A model generated the notes under the pieces. It searched no databases, had not been told where the DNA came from, and worked only from the letters and a program-made list of their open reading frames with translations. Made by a program: the position numbers and the translations under genes. Source: Sphingomonadaceae bacterium (GTDB lineage Bacteria > Chloroflexota > UBA6077). Taken from it: a DNA stretch of 64,000 nt. Each line of letters begins with the position of its first letter. Positions within the stretch are counted from its first letter, which is position 1. Positions 28,116-36,117 of the stretch are shown here, one piece after another. Where the stretch lies: NCBI GenBank assembly GCA_050261575.1, contig JBLNDL010000078.1, forward strand, positions 62,001 to 126,000, read 5' to 3'.

Positions 28116-28472
28116 CTAGCCCACCAGTTTCTTTACTGTTGCCAGAACTCGGTCACTCTGGAAGGGCTTCAGAACGAAGTCTCGCGCCCCGGCCTTGAGC
28201 GCCTCCATGACGATCGACTGCTGGCCCATGGCCGTCACCATCGCCACCTTGGCGTTCGGATCCAGCTTGCGGATCTCCTTCAGGGCGGTGAGACCATCCA
28301 TCTCCGGCATGGTTATGTCGAGCAACACGGCGTCCGGGCGGTGCGCTCGGTATTGCTCCACAGCTTGCGCCCCGTTTTCGGCCTCGATCACCTGGTATCC
28401 ACTCTCGGTAAGCAGCTTCGAGCACCGCATCCGCATAAAGGCGGCATCGTCGACAACCAACAAAGTCGGCAT
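28116..28472 (-). CDS. cheY: Chemotaxis response regulator
   Basis: VVDDAAFMR..DITMPEMDG..AMGQQ..KPF (Bacillus/Thermotoga-type CheY). Confidence 0.95.
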   Translation of the reverse strand: MPTLLVVDDAAFMRMRCSKLLTESGYQVIEAENGAQAVEQYRAHRPDAVLLDITMPEMDGLTALKEIRKLDPNAKVAMVTAMGQQSIVMEALKAGARDFVLKPFQSDRVLATVKKLVG

Positions 28473-28565
28473 AAACCTATCACTCCCTCCAGGATTACCA
28501 CCGCGCGGCAGCGCTTCGCGGCGTTCCCAAAGCCCACACGGCTTACCCCAGACAGGCAGCCGGGC

Positions 28566-29063
28566 CTACAGCTCGATCTCCCTCTCTCCGATAGTCCTTA
28601 CCATGACCTTGCCGGTCGCCAGGTGCAACGAAAGGGTACGCCCCCGGTTCCCCCCCGTTGCCGCGCCTCGCAACGGCACACGATGCAGTTCCAGTGCGGA
28701 TTTGACGGCCTCCACGTTCCGCTCGCCCACATTGAAACCGTTGGTGCTGAACCCGGGAGCCACCAGCATCTGCGCCCCGCCCGCTATCTTGCAGATCAGC
28801 CTGGCCGGGTCGGCCCCCAGCAGCACCATCTCCTCCAAGAGCAATGGAACCGCGTGATCGGCGAACTTTCCGAGCGGCCGCTGGCTAATGGCTTCAGCAC
28901 TGTTGGGCAGCATCACGTGGGCAAGCCCTCCGACTCTGGCAGTGGGGTCCCACAGGCACACCCCAACGCACGATCCGAGTCCGTAGGCTATCAACACCTC
29001 TGAGGGATCCCTGCCGGCACGCAACTCTCCTATGCCCACTGGCACCATCACTTGATCCGCCAT
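28566..29063 (-). CDS. cheD: Chemoreceptor glutamine deamidase
   Basis: GLGSCVGV, AHVMLP, KIAGGA, VGERN, GG..GR; true start ATG 29063. Confidence 0.94.
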   Translation of the reverse strand: MADQVMVPVGIGELRAGRDPSEVLIAYGLGSCVGVCLWDPTARVGGLAHVMLPNSAEAISQRPLGKFADHAVPLLLEEMVLLGADPARLICKIAGGAQMLVAPGFSTNGFNVGERNVEAVKSALELHRVPLRGAATGGNRGRTLSLHLATGKVMVRTIGEREIEL

Positions 29064-29677
29064 CGCTTCCCGAGCACCTCCAGGATTGCTTCCAGCGATG
29101 GCATGTCCGGCATGACCAGGAAAGCAGCCTCGATCGTCCGCTGGTCGTCCATGAAGAGCGTCTTTATCACCAGCGATTCCTCGGCCGATCGTGCTAGAGC
29201 CGCCAATGGCACGTCCAGAACCGCCTGCCCCATGTCGACCATCACCGCAGGCGGCGAAGGCTGCACGTTGAGGCGAGTCATCTCGGCCAGCGCATTCAGA
29301 AAGAAGGTCCCGGTGAGGTTTCCCACCTCTCCCAGAGCCGACCGCTCCATCGCCCCCAGCGACACGGTGGTGCCCGGCGGCTGGTCCATCAACATGTCCA
29401 CCAGCCCTTGGGCTTCCTGCGGGGAAAACAACAGCAGTATGTGGCCCGTCACCTCGCCGCACATGGCGAGGTAAACGCCCACCACCAACTCCTCCGGACC
29501 CCTCAAGAGGCTAGATACTGCGCCCAGCCTCACCATGAATACGTCAGGCGCCTGGATGCGGATATTCCGGCCCACCATTTCGGATAGTCCAGCCGCGGCA
29601 TTGGTGATGCCGCGGGCCGCAACGTCCCGCAGCGCCCTGAGGTGGCCATCCTGCAGCACCTCTGAGAGAGTGATCAT
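29048..29677 (-). CDS. cheC: CheY-P phosphatase
   Basis: NAAAGLSEM, SALGEVGN, PSPP; adjacent to cheD. Confidence 0.9.
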   Translation of the reverse strand: MITLSEVLQDGHLRALRDVAARGITNAAAGLSEMVGRNIRIQAPDVFMVRLGAVSSLLRGPEELVVGVYLAMCGEVTGHILLLFSPQEAQGLVDMLMDQPPGTTVSLGAMERSALGEVGNLTGTFFLNALAEMTRLNVQPSPPAVMVDMGQAVLDVPLAALARSAEESLVIKTLFMDDQRTIEAAFLVMPDMPSLEAILEVLGKRWRIK

Positions 29678-31725
29678 GCTGCACATCCCTTCGACTGCTC
29701 ATCCAGCACGCTCTTGACCAGACTGGGCACGTCGATGATCAGAGCTACCCGCCCATCCCCCAGGATGGTGGCACCCGTGACCCCGGCGATATTGCCCACC
29801 TGCCTGCCCAGCGACTTGATTACCACCTGAAGCTCGCCAAGGAGGGAGTCCACCACCAGCCCGTACCGGTTGTCACCAACCCTCACCGCCACCACGAAGA
29901 CCCGATCAGGGTCGTTGTTGGAGGAGGGCAGTCCCAGAGCGTGATCCAGCCCGATCAGCGGGAGGACACTCCCGCGAAGCTGGATCGCCTGCCGCTTGTT
30001 GATCCAATGAATGTCGTTTCGCCGCACCCTCAGCGTCTCCACCACCGAAACCAGGGGGATCGCCAGAACCTCGTCACCCAGTCCAACCATCAAGGCGTCG
30101 ATGATCGCCAGGGTCAGAGGCAGCTCCAGGGTAAAGCGTGTCCCCTCGCCCACCTTACTCTGCACGTGGACGGCGCCGTTCAGCTTCTCGATGTTCGTCC
30201 TTACGATGTCCATGCCTACGCCCCGCCCAGACACGTCGGTCACGGTCGCAGCGGTGCTGAAGCCCGGCGAGAAGATGAGGTCGATCGCCTCCGACTCCGA
30301 TAGACGCTTGGCCGCCTCCGGGGTGAGCAGGCCCTTCTCTATAGCCTTTGCCTTTACCTTGTCCGGGTCGATGCCGGCGCCGTCGTCCTCGACCTTCAGC
30401 AGGATCCGGTTCTCCCGGTGCATGGCCGAGAGTGCGATCCTGCCAACCTCCGGCTTGCCGGCGGCGACTCGTTGTTCGGGTGTTTCCACCCCATGGTCCA
30501 CACAGTTTCGAAGCAGGTGCACCAGCGGATCGTGCAACTCCTCTATGACCGAGCGATCCAGCTCCGTCTCACGCCCCTCGACGACGAAGTCGACCTTCTT
30601 GCCCGACCGCTGGGCGAGATCCCTGACGACACGAGGCAACCGGTTGAAGAGAGCCTCCACCGGGAGCATCCGAGCCTTCATGATGCTCTCCTGTAGCTCG
30701 TCGACTATCCTGCCGATGTGCTGCGACGTCTCACTCAGATCGCCAATGGACAGATCATCGTACTTTGCCTGCAACTCCAAGCCGATCTGGATCAACCTGG
30801 TGCGATCGATCACCAGCTCTCCCACCAGATTCAGAAGATCATCCAGTCGAGTCACGTCTATGCGCACGGTCTTCCCCAGACCCCCGGAGCGACTACCGCT
30901 GGACTTGGACACGCTGCCCGGCTCCCGACTCACACCCGAGGAAGTCGCCGGCCCACCGGTGCCGCGGGTCACGCCCCCCTCCGAGGAAGCGCTCGAGTCG
31001 GCCGGCTTGGCCGCGCTCGTGGTCACGTCGGCGATGTCTGGTATCGCCTTCAGGGCCGCGACCATTCCCTCCAGGTCCGCGTCGGCCGCGACCACCATCT
31101 CCAGGCGGTGTCCTCCCTGCTGGTTCTCGATGGCCTCGAGGCTCGGGCTGCACTCCAACACTGTGCCGAATCGCCCCGCCTCCAGGTAGCATTGAAGGCA
31201 GCGGGCAGACGCGAGGAGACACTCCTCGTCGATCTTCACGGAGACTGCAACCGCGTCCCCACCCTTTCCCCGGCTGCCGTTTGAGTCCGATGGGCTGGAC
31301 GCGACACCGGTACCGCCTTCGGGGGATTCTGCCGCCACGGACACGATGACGTTGAGCGATTCCACCAGGTCGGCCGGATCGAACCCACAGTCCTGGAGGG
31401 TGACCACCTCTTCTTTGAACAAACGCAAGGCATCCAGGCTCTCCAGCAACACGTCGACCAGTTCGGTCGTGCACCCTGCGCGCCCCTGCCTCAACTGGTC
31501 CAGCACGTTCTCCATGGCGTGGGTCAGAGACGCCATCTTCCGGTGCCCGATGGATGCCGAGGAGCCCTTCAGCGTATGAGCCGCACGGAAGATCTCCTGG
31601 AGTAGCTCGGGCCGTGGGCCTTCCTTCTCAAGCAAGACGATGTCTTGATCCAGGAGTTGAAGTTGCTCTTCAGCCTCCTGCAGAAACAGTTGAAGCTCGT
31701 CCGGCGCCGCATCGAAACTCAGCAT
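29674..31725 (-). CDS. cheA: Chemotaxis histidine kinase
   Basis: FRAAHTLKG (Hpt), HLLRNCVDHG, DDGAG, GFST..SGRGVGMD, C-terminal CheW-like domain. Confidence 0.98.
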   Translation of the reverse strand: MLSFDAAPDELQLFLQEAEEQLQLLDQDIVLLEKEGPRPELLQEIFRAAHTLKGSSASIGHRKMASLTHAMENVLDQLRQGRAGCTTELVDVLLESLDALRLFKEEVVTLQDCGFDPADLVESLNVIVSVAAESPEGGTGVASSPSDSNGSRGKGGDAVAVSVKIDEECLLASARCLQCYLEAGRFGTVLECSPSLEAIENQQGGHRLEMVVAADADLEGMVAALKAIPDIADVTTSAAKPADSSASSEGGVTRGTGGPATSSGVSREPGSVSKSSGSRSGGLGKTVRIDVTRLDDLLNLVGELVIDRTRLIQIGLELQAKYDDLSIGDLSETSQHIGRIVDELQESIMKARMLPVEALFNRLPRVVRDLAQRSGKKVDFVVEGRETELDRSVIEELHDPLVHLLRNCVDHGVETPEQRVAAGKPEVGRIALSAMHRENRILLKVEDDGAGIDPDKVKAKAIEKGLLTPEAAKRLSESEAIDLIFSPGFSTAATVTDVSGRGVGMDIVRTNIEKLNGAVHVQSKVGEGTRFTLELPLTLAIIDALMVGLGDEVLAIPLVSVVETLRVRRNDIHWINKRQAIQLRGSVLPLIGLDHALGLPSSNNDPDRVFVVAVRVGDNRYGLVVDSLLGELQVVIKSLGRQVGNIAGVTGATILGDGRVALIIDVPSLVKSVLDEQSKGCAA

Positions 31726-31925
31726 TCTCCCCTTCCCGTTCCGCCGGGTGCGCTGAACGCCCCCCTCGGATGTTCCATCGTGAAGTATCGGATGCCAGCC
31801 GCATCAGCCACCCTGCCTAAGGTCCTTCCCTCCAGGGACAATGGTCCCAGGACCATCCGCTTCGGAACCAAGACGAATCGGTCAGGTTTGCCGGGCTATG
31901 CCCACCTAGGAGTGCGTCATACGCA

Positions 31926-31999
31926 CCAAGCAGGTATCTCTAGTTCATGTCGACTCCTCAGGCGGGAAACGCGTGCCCTATCTAGAGATACCTGCTTGG
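31926..31999 (+). repeat. 74-bp palindromic dispersed element, copy D (perfect 18-bp terminal inverted repeats)
   Basis: CCAAGCAGGTATCTCTAG-38 nt-CTAGAGATACCTGCTTGG. Confidence 0.93.
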
Positions 32000-32307
32000 G
32001 AACGCCGCCTCTCGTAGGGTCCGGGGTGAGGCACGCACCCTCCAACTGCAAGGCATCGGTTCCTGGATTCGGGAGGAAGCAGCAGATCAGGGGAGGGACG
32101 CCCTTGCCGCTTGATGGCAGCCGCAGATCCGGGGGTGAGGACGCCAGAATCACGCACCACAGGAGGCAATGCCCACCCGGCACCCTCCTGCCGTCCGATC
32201 GTCTGGCATCGTGGTGGTCGACGGTGCCTTTCGATGCCCAGGAGCACGAGTGCACGAACATCCGGTCCAGGTGCGCCAAACCGCCAGCGCCCGCCTGTCT
32301 AGGGCTC

Positions 32308-32670
32308 TCAACTCTGTCGATCCACTAGCAGTCCCAGGTACTGGTCGATCGCCTTCGCCAACCGCAGTATCTCGTCGGGCGGGATCTGGCGGATCACGTT
32401 GCCAGAGGCATCCTTCACCCGAACCAACAGCTTGCCCGATTCCTTGTCCGTTTCGAAGGTGATCCGGGCGTCCTGGCTCTGCAACTGCGCCTTGAGTATC
32501 TCGACTGCGGTGTCGGCTGGGCGCTCGCTCGCTCCCACGGCGCCGGTCTTGGCCAGCGCGGCCGCCCTTCCGTCGACATCCGGCTGCAGGGCAGCGTCCG
32601 ACAGGCCGGCGGAACGGCGATCGGTCGATATCGCCTGAACGGGTGCTATTCCATCATCCCGCGGGACCAT
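32308..32670 (-). CDS. flaG: Flagellar protein FlaG
   Basis: F..D.ESG.L.V.VKD..GNVIRQIPPDE.L..GLLVD. Confidence 0.9.
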   Translation of the reverse strand: MVPRDDGIAPVQAISTDRRSAGLSDAALQPDVDGRAAALAKTGAVGASERPADTAVEILKAQLQSQDARITFETDKESGKLLVRVKDASGNVIRQIPPDEILRLAKAIDQYLGLLVDRQS

Positions 32671-32700
32671 GTGTATCCTCCTCGCTCCCGCTGCATCGAT

Positions 32701-34134
32701 CTAGAATCCCCAACCTGAAGAGAAGATGGAGTTCAACTGCTGCTGCTGCTGGTAGGCCGCCACCATCATGGACTGCAGTTCAGTGAACTGCTTTCGCAGG
32801 ATCGCCTCCCGCGCTGCGAGCCGCTCGTTTAGTGTGGCGATCCGGTCGTCGATGGAGTCCTGCTGGTTGGCGATGGCGTCCAACTCCTGCTTCAGGTAGG
32901 GCTCTTGCGTGTAGACGGGTGGGTCCACGTAGGCGGCGAGCCGGTTCGAAACCCGGCTGGCCACACCCGAACTGCTACCGAAGAAGTGCTGCACCCCAGC
33001 CGGGTTGCTGGCGAGTGCCGCGTCGAGCTTGGCCGAGTCCTCGATCACGAAGTGGCCGCTTCGATCCATCCTGATACCCAACTCCCAGAGCTGGCTCGGG
33101 CCGCCGGACTCCCCTCCCGTCACCGCGGCCGAGAGATCCAGGGCCAGGTACGACACTAGCCCGGTGTAGAGGGTGTAGCCACTGAGAGGACCCCGCACGT
33201 AGTTGCCTCTGCTGTCTTGGGTTACCGCGGACTTGGTCTTGAGGTAGTCCACCACCCCGTTCAACTCGTCCAGGAACGACTGAATCTTCGATCGCATGGC
33301 GGCGGTATCGCCGGCCACGGTCAGCTTGACGGCCTCCCCGTCGGTCTCAGCCTTCAGGTCGATGGTTAGTCCGCTCACCACGTCGTCGAGTCCCGTGTTC
33401 TTGGAGCGGCTGACCGCCACACCGTTGACGGTGAACAGGGCATCCTGGGCGTTGGACAGGACGGGCTGGGCGAAACTGCTTCCAGCCGGGTCGGCGATCA
33501 ACTCGAGGCCAGATGCAGCCACGGTGGAGCTGAGCATGGAGCCGGAGACGTCCGCCAGGCTGACCGTGGCGGAGCTCCCCGTGTTTCTGTTCTCCAGCAC
33601 GAGCCTGCTGTGTGTGGCATCGACGTTGACGATGGTGGCCATCACCTCCTTGCCGGAGGCATAGCTCGCCGCGTTGATGGCGTCCCGGATGGTCGCCAGG
33701 GAGTCTCCGGCGGAGTAGCTGACTGTAACCCCATTCACTGAGAAGCTCCCCGCCCCGGAAGCCATCCAGTCGACGGCGACCGCTCCTGACTGCACCCGCT
33801 GCCCCGAGGCCAGTTGTGTGACCTCGATGGAGTAGATGCCGTTTGCAGCCGAGGAAGAAGCAGTTGCCGCGACCTTCGTCGCTTGGTCGGAGGTCACCGA
33901 GTGAGAGGTGAAGACGGAATCCGTGCTGGAGGCGAGTCCATCGGCCAGATCCTTGAGGGCCTGCAGCTTGGACTGCAGATCCTTGAACACCCCGGAGAGG
34001 ACCGCCAGATCGCTCTTCCTCTGCTTGAGGTCATCGACCGGCTTCTGCTCCACCGACATGTACATGGAAACCAGCTTGTCGATGGAGCCCTTCGCGCCGC
34101 CGCTCACCAGAGAGCTAAGGGGATCAAGAACCAT
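32701..34134 (-). CDS. fliD: Flagellar filament cap
   Basis: YSIEVTQLA, AQDA.FTVNG, GLTIDL, C-terminal LRKQF..L. Confidence 0.93.
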   Translation of the reverse strand: MVLDPLSSLVSGGAKGSIDKLVSMYMSVEQKPVDDLKQRKSDLAVLSGVFKDLQSKLQALKDLADGLASSTDSVFTSHSVTSDQATKVAATASSSAANGIYSIEVTQLASGQRVQSGAVAVDWMASGAGSFSVNGVTVSYSAGDSLATIRDAINAASYASGKEVMATIVNVDATHSRLVLENRNTGSSATVSLADVSGSMLSSTVAASGLELIADPAGSSFAQPVLSNAQDALFTVNGVAVSRSKNTGLDDVVSGLTIDLKAETDGEAVKLTVAGDTAAMRSKIQSFLDELNGVVDYLKTKSAVTQDSRGNYVRGPLSGYTLYTGLVSYLALDLSAAVTGGESGGPSQLWELGIRMDRSGHFVIEDSAKLDAALASNPAGVQHFFGSSSGVASRVSNRLAAYVDPPVYTQEPYLKQELDAIANQQDSIDDRIATLNERLAAREAILRKQFTELQSMMVAAYQQQQQLNSIFSSGWGF

Positions 34135-34152
34135 GGTTCATTCCTCCCGCCG

Positions 34153-34491
34153 CTACGAGGCCACTCCCGGCGTGGAGCTAATAGCTCGGGCCCAGGTGTC
34201 CCGCAGCTCTTTCAGGATGAGGGTCGCCATATCGTACTTGCCGCGCTTGATTTCGTCCATACAGTATCGGTACAGCCGGAAGAGACCGAAGGCGATGTCG
34301 CTGTAGCGGAAATCGAGGCTCTCGATCATCTGCGCCACCACGCGGGACGCCCGCTGCCCATCCTGAGCGGCCAGGGCGGAGATCCCCAGGTCGTACAGCT
34401 TCAGCAGCAGTTCGCCTCGGGTGAGTCCCACCACCGAGTTCACTCGGTAGGAGTTGAGCTGCGGACGGTTGTTGGAGAAGGCCATTGCCAT
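34153..34491 (-). CDS. fliS: Flagellin export chaperone
   Basis: LLLKLYD, SLDF..IA..LFRLYRY, ELRDTW. Confidence 0.88.
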   Translation of the reverse strand: MAMAFSNNRPQLNSYRVNSVVGLTRGELLLKLYDLGISALAAQDGQRASRVVAQMIESLDFRYSDIAFGLFRLYRYCMDEIKRGKYDMATLILKELRDTWARAISSTPGVAS

Positions 34492-34553
34492 TCAGTCCCT
34501 CCCAGGACGATCTGCCGGCCCCGTCGGCCGGCCCAGAGTTCTACCACTTACAT

Positions 34554-34580
34554 ATATCGGCACGTAGCGCGGGAACTTTA
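34554..34580 (-). promoter_or_regulatory. sigma-28 promoter of fliS-fliD-flaG
   Basis: TAAA-15 nt-GCCGATAT, exact SigD/FliA consensus. Confidence 0.85.
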
Positions 34581-34596
34581 GGAATGGCTTTCAGCG

Positions 34597-34631
34597 AAAA
34601 GGCCCTGCCCCTCCGTCCGGAGGGGCAGGGC
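34597..34631 (-). terminator. Intrinsic terminator of flagellin gene
   Basis: GCCCTGCCCCTCCG/CGGAGGGGCAGGGC stem followed on the minus strand by CTTTT. Confidence 0.75.
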
Positions 34632-34687
34632 GGTCGGCTGGGCCAGGCGCGGGAGCCTGCTGGCTACCCGCTCACGCCATCTGATTG

Positions 34688-35533
34688 CTACCTGAAGAGG
34701 GACAGGACGCTCTGCGGCGCGGCGTTCGCCTGGGCCAGCATCGCCGTGGCAGTCTGCTGCAGGATCTGGTACTTGGTGGCGTTCAACTGCTCGTTCGCCA
34801 TGTCCGCGTCCATGATCCGGCTGTAGGCCGCCTCCGTGTTCACCTTGGCGATGGTCACCGTCTCCTCGCGGAAGTTCAACCGGGACACCGCGGCGCCGAT
34901 GTACTGCAGTTTCGCAGAGACACTCTGGATGGCACTGCTCAGGGAGTCGATCGCAGCCTGGGCGCCACCAGCACTCGAGACGGTGAGGGCGTCCACGCCG
35001 AGGTCGCCGGAACTCGCCGACCCGAATGAAGCACCGGTAAGCGTGATCTGGTCGTTCGAGTCGTTGTCGGCACCGGTCTGCAGTACTATGTCGCCGACCG
35101 AGCTGTTGAGCAACGCCGCGTCGTTCCACTTGGTGCTTCCGACGATGTTGTCGATCTCAGCCGTGAACTGGTCGAGCTGGGCCTGAATGGCAGTCCGCTC
35201 CTCTGTCCCCAAGGTGTCTGACGCCGCCTGGACGGCCTTGTCGCGCATGATCATCAGGATGTCGTTGATCTTCTGCAGGCCACCCTCGGCAACCGCCAGC
35301 ATGTTCTTGGCGTCACCGATGTTGTTGAGAGCCTGCCCCAGTCCGCTGGCCCGGAACTGGAACTTGGTGGCAATGGTCAAGCCAGCCGGGTCATCCGCCG
35401 CCGAGTTGATCTGCTTGCCCGTGGCCAGGCGCAACTGCGCCACCCCGAGCCTGTTCTGAACCGCCTTCAACGAGTTCAGTGCGTTCAGGGCCCCGATGTT
35501 GGTGTTGATCCTCGTGTAATCACCCTGTGCCAT
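34688..35533 (-). CDS. fliC: Flagellin (281 aa, minimal variable region)
   Basis: RINTN, RLATGKQINSAADDPAG, AEGGL, SRIMDADMA, AQAN..PQSVLSL. Confidence 0.97.
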   Translation of the reverse strand: MAQGDYTRINTNIGALNALNSLKAVQNRLGVAQLRLATGKQINSAADDPAGLTIATKFQFRASGLGQALNNIGDAKNMLAVAEGGLQKINDILMIMRDKAVQAASDTLGTEERTAIQAQLDQFTAEIDNIVGSTKWNDAALLNSSVGDIVLQTGADNDSNDQITLTGASFGSASSGDLGVDALTVSSAGGAQAAIDSLSSAIQSVSAKLQYIGAAVSRLNFREETVTIAKVNTEAAYSRIMDADMANEQLNATKYQILQQTATAMLAQANAAPQSVLSLFR

Positions 35534-35578
35534 CCTGCTTCCTCCTTGTCACTTTCGCCCTGCGGGCGATTCCTCTTC

Positions 35579-35596
35579 CCGCGAGTCCCTTCGCGG
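35579..35596 (-). promoter_or_regulatory. Putative CsrA-binding hairpin in the flagellin leader
   Basis: mRNA CCGCGA-AGGGAC-UCGCGG with ANGGAN hexaloop; further GGA motifs overlap the RBS. Confidence 0.65.
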
Positions 35597-35656
35597 TGTG
35601 GCGCACCGCTGGGCCGCGCTGCCCTCACGAGGCTTCCTCCGGTCGCCACACTCATG

Positions 35657-35684
35657 TATTCGGCAGGGGGAGCGCAAAACTTTA
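35657..35684 (-). promoter_or_regulatory. sigma-28 promoter of flagellin
   Basis: TAAA-16 nt-GCCGAATA. Confidence 0.8.
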
Positions 35685-35850
35685 GGGGACCTCCGGCAGA
35701 CTCCAGACAGACCGGGCGATCTCACAGGATGGATCCTTCGGCCACCTCCCCTTCACCCCCAACTGCCCCTCGCCTGGAGGGCAGCGCGGACTGGGTGAGG
35801 GATCGGCCGTCGGTTCGTCAGGGAAGAATAGGAGAAATGCGCGTCAGAAT

Positions 35851-35894
35851 TAGGGCGTTTCCCTATATGGACCCCGGAGGTCCCGACCTACGAT
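35851..35894 (+). promoter_or_regulatory. Putative activator-dependent promoter of the glycosylation island
   Basis: TAGGG-CGTTT-CCCTA at 35851-35865, -10 TACGAT at 35889-35894. Confidence 0.5.
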
Positions 35895-36117
35895 CCCGGA
35901 GGCGCAACCCGTCGTCGGTCTCCGCAGGGGCATTCCCCACGGCACGCACACTTGCCGAAGTCGACGTGCAGCCAGCAGGCGGAATGCGAATTCCGCCCCA
36001 GCGCTGCAGTTCATCGCGACGCACTCGCGACAGCGTGGCCATGAGGTTGCCGTGGCAGACGGTACTCGCCACTGGACCGACCTTGTGGTCGCCGCGATGG
36101 AGGAGGGCTCAGACATA

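Noticed and set aside
27429..29003. Long antisense or alternate-frame ORFs (e.g. 524 aa here, 599 aa at 55997, 473 aa at 51176, 454 aa at 59391, 418 aa at 45177)
   Set aside because: Shadow ORFs of well-supported genes in high-GC DNA with no recognisable motifs
31645..32328. ORFs in the flaG-cheA gap and a short TCCGGGG(G)TGAGG direct repeat at ~32020 and ~32128
   Set aside because: The ORFs run through the 74-bp element with no protein-like features; the repeat is too short to be significant
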